Below, piece after piece: positions 58,831 through 64,000 of a DNA stretch of 64,000 nucleotides. This DNA comes from an uncultured virus (IMG/VR IMGVR_UViG_3300010998_000812) (taxonomy: Duplodnaviria; Heunggongvirae; Uroviricota; Caudoviricetes), in IMG/VR virus record IMGVR_UViG_3300010998_000812. One strand, given 5' to 3'. A program made the position numbers and the translations under genes. Numbering within the stretch: the first letter of the stretch is position 1; each line of letters begins with the position of its first letter. The notes under the pieces are model-generated. The model saw only the letters and a list, made by a program, of their open reading frames with translations, was not told where the DNA came from and made no database searches.

Positions 58831-60417
58831 GGAGGTCAATCGATACCTAATTTTGATTATGCGCTTGCAGACGGCGTGAAGAAGACATACGTGAAGATGT
58901 ACAGAAATAACATCATTCGCGGGCTTTCGCTTGAGACTGATATCAGCGACGCGGATGCTGAAGAGAAGGTCAAGGCGTACTTTGACGAGCTTCAGGAGAA
59001 GGATATCGTTCCTACGCTTGCGAACGACAACAACTTCTGCGCTGAAGAACTCAAGTACCTCACAGAAATCGCGGGAAGCGAAGATACAGCAAAGAAGATC
59101 CAGAAGTTCGCTCTGAAGTTTGCTGAAAAGGAAACAGATAAGGCGACATATCAGGCAATGGAGTCTCTTGTACACAACCTGAACACAATGCACAGCCGTG
59201 CGGGAGCACAGATACCGTTCTCCTCGATAAATTACGGTACGGATACATCTCCGGAAGGTCGTATGATCATCAAGAACGTGCTTCTCGCAACTGATGCAGG
59301 CTTAGGCAATGGAGAAACAGCTATATTCCCCATACACATCTTTAAGGTGAAGGATGGGATAAACTACAATCCGGGCGAACCTAACTATGATATGTTCAAA
59401 CTGGCAATAAAAGTGTCAGCAAAGCGTCTTTTCCCGAACTTCTCGTTCATTGATGCTCCGTTCAACATCCAGTACTATAAGCCCGGCGACTATCGTACAG
59501 AGGTTGCTTACATGGGCTGTCGTACCAGAGTTATCGGCAATGCATATGATCCTACGAGAGAAATCGTTACGGGACGCGGCAATCTGAGCTTTACATCTGT
59601 AAATCTTCCTCGCCTCGCAATAAAGGCACAGAAGGATGTAGTGAAGTTTTTCGAGCTTCTTGAGGGCGAAATGGACATTGTTGTGGCGCAGCTCTTAGCA
59701 CGTTACAAGATACAGGCTCAGAAGAAGGTCAAGAACTATCCTTTCCTTATGGGTCAGGGCATCTGGCTCGACTCTGATAAGCTCGGTCCCGACGACACGA
59801 TAGGCGAGATACTTAAGCACGGCACACTTTCTATGGGCTTCATAGGACTTGCCGAATGCTTAAAAGCTCTTATAGGAGTACATCACGGCGAGAGTGAAGA
59901 GGCTCAGGAGCTTGGACTTCGAATCATCGGTCGTATGCGTCAGAGAATGGATGAAGAGACAAAGAAGACAGGAATGAACTTCTCGCTCCTTGCTACTCCG
60001 GCTGAAGGTCTTTCCGGTAGATTTGTAAAGATCGACAGCAAGAAGTTTGGCAAGATAGAGGGAGTAACGGACAGAGCGTACTACACAAACTCCTTCCACA
60101 TTCCGGTTTACTATCAGATCTCTGCGTTCAAGAAGATACAGCTGGAAGCTCCTTACCATGCTCTTACAAATGCCGGACACATCAGCTATGTAGAACTTGA
60201 TGGGGATCCCACAAAGAACCTTGAGGCGTTTGAACAGATCATACGCTGCATGAAGGAATCCGGCATCGGCTATGGCTCTGTTAACCATCCTGTTGACAGA
60301 GACGCTGTGTGTGGATACACGGGTATAATAGGGGATAGATGCCCCAGATGCGGACGCACGGAGGCAGAACACAACTTCTTTACAGAGAAGATCAAGAGAA
60401 TTCGCCCCTGCTGCTGA
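58831..60417 (+). CDS. nrdD: Anaerobic ribonucleoside-triphosphate reductase, exon 2
   Basis: HNLNTMHSRAGAQIPFSS, MGCRT, GNLSFTSVNLPR, TPAEGL, YYTNSFH. Confidence 0.92.
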   Translation, partial: GGQSIPNFDYALADGVKKTYVKMYRNNIIRGLSLETDISDADAEEKVKAYFDELQEKDIVPTLANDNNFCAEELKYLTEIAGSEDTAKKIQKFALKFAEKETDKATYQAMESLVHNLNTMHSRAGAQIPFSSINYGTDTSPEGRMIIKNVLLATDAGLGNGETAIFPIHIFKVKDGINYNPGEPNYDMFKLAIKVSAKRLFPNFSFIDAPFNIQYYKPGDYRTEVAYMGCRTRVIGNAYDPTREIVTGRGNLSFTSVNLPRLAIKAQKDVVKFFELLEGEMDIVVAQLLARYKIQAQKKVKNYPFLMGQGIWLDSDKLGPDDTIGEILKHGTLSMGFIGLAECLKALIGVHHGESEEAQELGLRIIGRMRQRMDEETKKTGMNFSLLATPAEGLSGRFVKIDSKKFGKIEGVTDRAYYTNSFHIPVYYQISAFKKIQLEAPYHALTNAGHISYVELDGDPTKNLEAFEQIIRCMKESGIGYGSVNHPVDRDAVCGYTGIIGDRCPRCGRTEAEHNFFTEKIKRIRPCC

Positions 60418-60483
60418 TACTTGACAAAGGAGAAAATAGGTGGTATAATATATACTACTTAAGGAAACGAATGGAGGACTAAT

Positions 60484-60729
60484 ATGAGTTTATATGAAGA
60501 GCTGAAAGCAGCTGTCCCCGATCCGAAAGAGGACTTGGATACTCATTGTTCTGACATATACGTCTTGAAAACGCCTAAAACAGAGGCAATTGTCAAGGCT
60601 TACTATGAGAGGATGAAGATAGAGGACCAGTCTACCACTTTCAAGGACAATATAAGCGGCAGAATCTTCTTTGATATACCGTTCGGATATATGAACGAGT
60701 ATGTTGAGGAAAGGAAAAAGGAAGCATAA
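60484..60729 (+). CDS. Hypothetical protein
   Basis: Own TTGACA-17-TATAAT promoter, RBS GGAGG, terminator. Confidence 0.7.
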   Translation: MSLYEELKAAVPDPKEDLDTHCSDIYVLKTPKTEAIVKAYYERMKIEDQSTTFKDNISGRIFFDIPFGYMNEYVEERKKEA

Positions 60730-61355
60730 CAGACGACAAAAGAGGCGGGACTACGGTTCCGCTTCTTTTTTTTGTTTTAATATAGCATTATAGTCAAAGT
60801 ATCAGCTTGTATTATAGCGACGATTGTGCATTATCACAAAATTCATGAAATTTGATAATTTTTTCAAATCTCAGGTTATATTTTTAGTCTTCTCAAGCTA
60901 TATAGGGGAAAGGAAAAATCGGAAAAGCAAAGGAGATACGGAAGGGAAAAGAGCCGAATGCAAAGGATGTGATAGGATATATCGCAAACGGTATAGCCAA
61001 AGAAATCGAACGCTAAAAAAATTGGGATGAAGATACATCCCATCTGAAAGATTTGAAGAAAATATATGAGTTGCTCACAAAGCCCGAATAATCGTACACA
61101 AATGCATTCCTCGTATTGGCATTCAGTACAAGCGAGGGATGCTTTTTGCTGCACGCAGGCAAGGTTTGTGTACGAAAGGCATTAGTTTGTGAATTTCCTT
61201 ATGAAAAACCATACTATATATAAGCTAATGAAGACAAAGATTGCCATTTTTGTTTTCCTGCTCCATAACTCATACTAATATTATAGCATATTTCAAGACG
61301 AACGGAGAATATGGTCTGTTATGCTGATGTTAGTATATGAAAGGAAAAGAATGAT

Positions 61356-62591
61356 ATGAAAGTAATTATGATAGCCGGTACTTTCACCGACAAGAAAAAC
61401 GAAGACGGAAAATATGGGAAGCCTTCCTCCCTTGCTGCAAAGCTGTATGAAAAAGTTACAGAACTGCTGTTCGAAGGAAGAGCAGGCGTACACTCTCAGG
61501 TAAACGGCGGTTCATATGATGAGCTTCGGGCAATTTCAGAAGACAAATCTGTTCGATGGAATCAGGATCCATTGTCTACATATGACTATATCTTTTGGTT
61601 CCCCGATGTACCGAATGAGCTTGATAAAGTAAGAGACATCAAGAAAATCAATCCGACCTGTATGCTCATTACGTCTAAAAGGAATGACAATGAGAAATAT
61701 GAGTTCGGGGAATTGGTGCAGCGAGCCTTGGCACAGAAGGCAAATCTTGTGTGCGAGTTCAGTAAAAAGGAAGAAAGGCTTTTCAATATCAGAGTTCTCG
61801 ATCCGCTCGGATGTGTGTACGCAGATACTACTGATATAGATCAGGCAGCAAACGCTCTTGCTGACAGGCTGATATATATAAAAGGGGTAACGCGACAGCC
61901 TACCATAACTGCGCCGGAGGACAAAATTCACATCATGAACGCTTGTTTTAACGAAGAGATGTCCGAAGAGATATCAAACGGCACAGCAGTTATTCCCGAT
62001 GAGCAGCGGTTTGTTGATATTGTAAGAAGATATGCGGTTGAGTTTCAGAAGCTTATGCCGACCGGATGCAAGACAGAGCGCTTTATAGGGAATGCTTCGC
62101 TGAGACCTCCTCAGGTCGGCAGATGCGGAAAAGGTATGCCTTCTTTCAGGAGAGATAATATCATTTTCGTATCCAAGCGAAACATTGACAAGCGGTTTAT
62201 AGAGCTTGAAAACTTTGTGCCGGTATATCTTGAGGGCGGCAAGCTTTACTATTGCGGACAAGATAAACCCTCGGTCGATACGCCCATTCAGGTTCGGCTC
62301 TATGAGGCACTTCCCAATATCAAATATATGCTGCATTCTCATTGTTATCTTGAAGATGCCCCATACACATCCACTGCGATTCCTTGTGGAGCTATAGAGG
62401 AATATGACGAGATCTTAAGAGTGATATACGCAAAGTATGGCGGTTCGCAGACCGAGTCCTTTTATAAGATAAATCTTATTGGGCACGGCAGTATTGTTAT
62501 GGCTGACAGCCCTGACAGATTTGAAGATGAACTGCTGAAGTATAAAGCTCGTAAGCTTCCGGAATTTATTCCTAAAGAAAAGACGCATTGA
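61356..62591 (+). CDS. Protein with C-terminal class II aldolase/adducin-like domain
   Basis: GNASLR..KPSVDT..LY..MLHSH..NLIGHGS. Confidence 0.7.
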   Translation: MKVIMIAGTFTDKKNEDGKYGKPSSLAAKLYEKVTELLFEGRAGVHSQVNGGSYDELRAISEDKSVRWNQDPLSTYDYIFWFPDVPNELDKVRDIKKINPTCMLITSKRNDNEKYEFGELVQRALAQKANLVCEFSKKEERLFNIRVLDPLGCVYADTTDIDQAANALADRLIYIKGVTRQPTITAPEDKIHIMNACFNEEMSEEISNGTAVIPDEQRFVDIVRRYAVEFQKLMPTGCKTERFIGNASLRPPQVGRCGKGMPSFRRDNIIFVSKRNIDKRFIELENFVPVYLEGGKLYYCGQDKPSVDTPIQVRLYEALPNIKYMLHSHCYLEDAPYTSTAIPCGAIEEYDEILRVIYAKYGGSQTESFYKINLIGHGSIVMADSPDRFEDELLKYKARKLPEFIPKEKTH

Positions 62592-62618
62592 ACAAAATAC
62601 AGAAAGGAAGGAAAAGAA

Positions 62619-62874
62619 ATGATAACACGGAATGACGCAGAGAGCGTAATTCTTTATATGGCAGATATCGTAGCAGAAAACAGGTATCTGAGAGCACGAG
62701 TAGCTGAGCTTAAAAAAGAACGAAAAGAATCTCGGACGGCTGCACGAGTGCTATAAAGCAAACGAAGAGCACACGGCTCTGCTTCTCCATGCAGCTCTTA
62801 CGCAACCTGTCGAGAGAGCTCTGGCGTTTGAAAAAGCCATAAAGAGTACTAAAACGACAGATAACCTGAGCTGA
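62619..62874 (+). pseudogene. Small gene apparently frameshifted at an A6 run
   Basis: Good RBS. The frame stops at 62756, but the +1 frame from 62716 stays open to TGA at 62874. Confidence 0.4.
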
Positions 62875-62888
62875 AAGAAGGTAACGGG

Positions 62889-63353
62889 ATGGCTTACAGA
62901 ACATACGTAAACGATGTTCAAGTATTCGGTAACAATGAAACACATCCTGAATGGATTGAGTTCATTAAGTCCCAAGGCATAGCGGTCGATGAAGACGATA
63001 TGTACGACGGCGTTATCACAGACTTTATGGCCGCTCTTTCTGTAATTGAAACAGTTGCTTTCAAGATCGAAGATAATTATCGTAAAAACGACAATGACTC
63101 TGTCTTCGATATAAGAGAAGACTACGAATTCTTACAGAAGCAAGCCGACTTTGAACGCAAATATGGAGAAGACAAATATAAAGTATCGCTCTTTGACGCG
63201 AATATCAACAGAGTTCGAAACGGATATGCTTTTTTACCGTTCGCTTTCTATATGGCATGTGTGAATTGCCTTGAAGAAGATGAACATTGGGCATATCCTA
63301 ATCACATGAACTGTTTTAAGGCAAAGAAGCCCATAAGAGTATACGCTCGATGA
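62889..63353 (+). CDS. Hypothetical protein
   Basis: 154-aa ORF in an operon. Confidence 0.65.
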   Translation: MAYRTYVNDVQVFGNNETHPEWIEFIKSQGIAVDEDDMYDGVITDFMAALSVIETVAFKIEDNYRKNDNDSVFDIREDYEFLQKQADFERKYGEDKYKVSLFDANINRVRNGYAFLPFAFYMACVNCLEEDEHWAYPNHMNCFKAKKPIRVYAR

Positions 63354-63369
63354 TAAAAGGAGAATAAAA

Positions 63370-64000
63370 ATGTTTGAATGGAAAATCGATGACTATAAGT
63401 TATATAAGGAAGCCAAGGAGTACAATTTTGAGCTGTGTATGTTGCGCATATTCAGTATAGAGAACGAGACATCTGAAAAGGATAAGATTGATTTCGTTGA
63501 CAACTTGACCGACGGTATGCTTTCATATATTCTTAATCTCGCAAACGCATTTGATAAAGACAGCGCCGGCATGCGTAAGGATAAATTCGGCAACGTATAT
63601 CGCAATTCTCTTTTGACTTGGCTTAAGAAGAACGACAAAAGAAATGTGATGATTACTACCACTTTTGGATTTGGAAGCGTGGATACAGAGAAGCTTAACG
63701 ACGGCAAATTCTATTTTCCTAAGTGGTATATAGGAAACATCAATGGGAAAACATATGCATCTGGGGCAACTCATAATGAACGTAGTTATGCAGATCTCGT
63801 CTTTCACTACGTCCTAAAAGATCTTTGCAAAAAAGAGATTGAACACTTTGAAAGTCGTAGTGATTACTATGACATCCTTACACGGGATGCAAAGGCGGTA
63901 TTAAACAGGTATGGAGCCTTTGGATCCAATTTATGTGTTTCGTCCGACGGAACGATATCTGTGTACAAAGATGATCCGTATAAAGAGCAAAGGAAGCTTA
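63370..64000 (+). CDS. Hypothetical protein, 3'-partial
   Basis: RBS AAGGAG, starts MFEWKIDDY and stays open to the window end. Confidence 0.65.
   Translation, partial: MFEWKIDDYKLYKEAKEYNFELCMLRIFSIENETSEKDKIDFVDNLTDGMLSYILNLANAFDKDSAGMRKDKFGNVYRNSLLTWLKKNDKRNVMITTTFGFGSVDTEKLNDGKFYFPKWYIGNINGKTYASGATHNERSYADLVFHYVLKDLCKKEIEHFESRSDYYDILTRDAKAVLNRYGAFGSNLCVSSDGTISVYKDDPYKEQRKL

Noticed and set aside
60790..61160. Possible sRNA before the aldolase-like operon
   Set aside because: A terminator-like hairpin is present, but there is no convincing promoter or structure.

Overview
This looks like 64 kb of a large extrachromosomal element (megaplasmid, phage-plasmid or jumbo phage) from a Clostridia-type Firmicute. 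That assignment is an inference: there are no core chromosomal operons, rRNA, tRNA or virion genes, and the window carries a ParM/ParR-like locus, Dam, a DinJ/YafQ toxin-antitoxin pair, nrdD split by a group I intron with an HNH ORF, an IscB-omegaRNA element, NUMOD4/HNH proteins and many short hypothetical genes. It also encodes host-signalling-type proteins (PilZ, membrane EAL, STAS, HPr-like, HD hydrolases, nucleotidyltransferase, Pth2, BspA-type LRRs). The most striking content is non-coding. (i) A ~110-nt structured motif with conserved loops and covarying stems occurs 11 times, nearly always just 5' of a gene, and two copies 7 kb apart carry mutually complementary 22-nt inserts. (ii) Arrays of sigmaA promoter/small RNA/terminator units occur, several exposing anti-Shine-Dalgarno sequences. 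(iii) There are large candidate ncRNAs at about 34.8-35.6 kb and 39.3-40.3 kb, one antisense to a leader motif shared by several transcripts. (iv) A second promoter class, G(T/A)TTT-N14-CATACTA, is present about 20 times. (v) A TCGTACAC box recurs near promoters, and there is a candidate replication origin at 3.8-5.3 kb. All calls were made by eye and no database searches were run.
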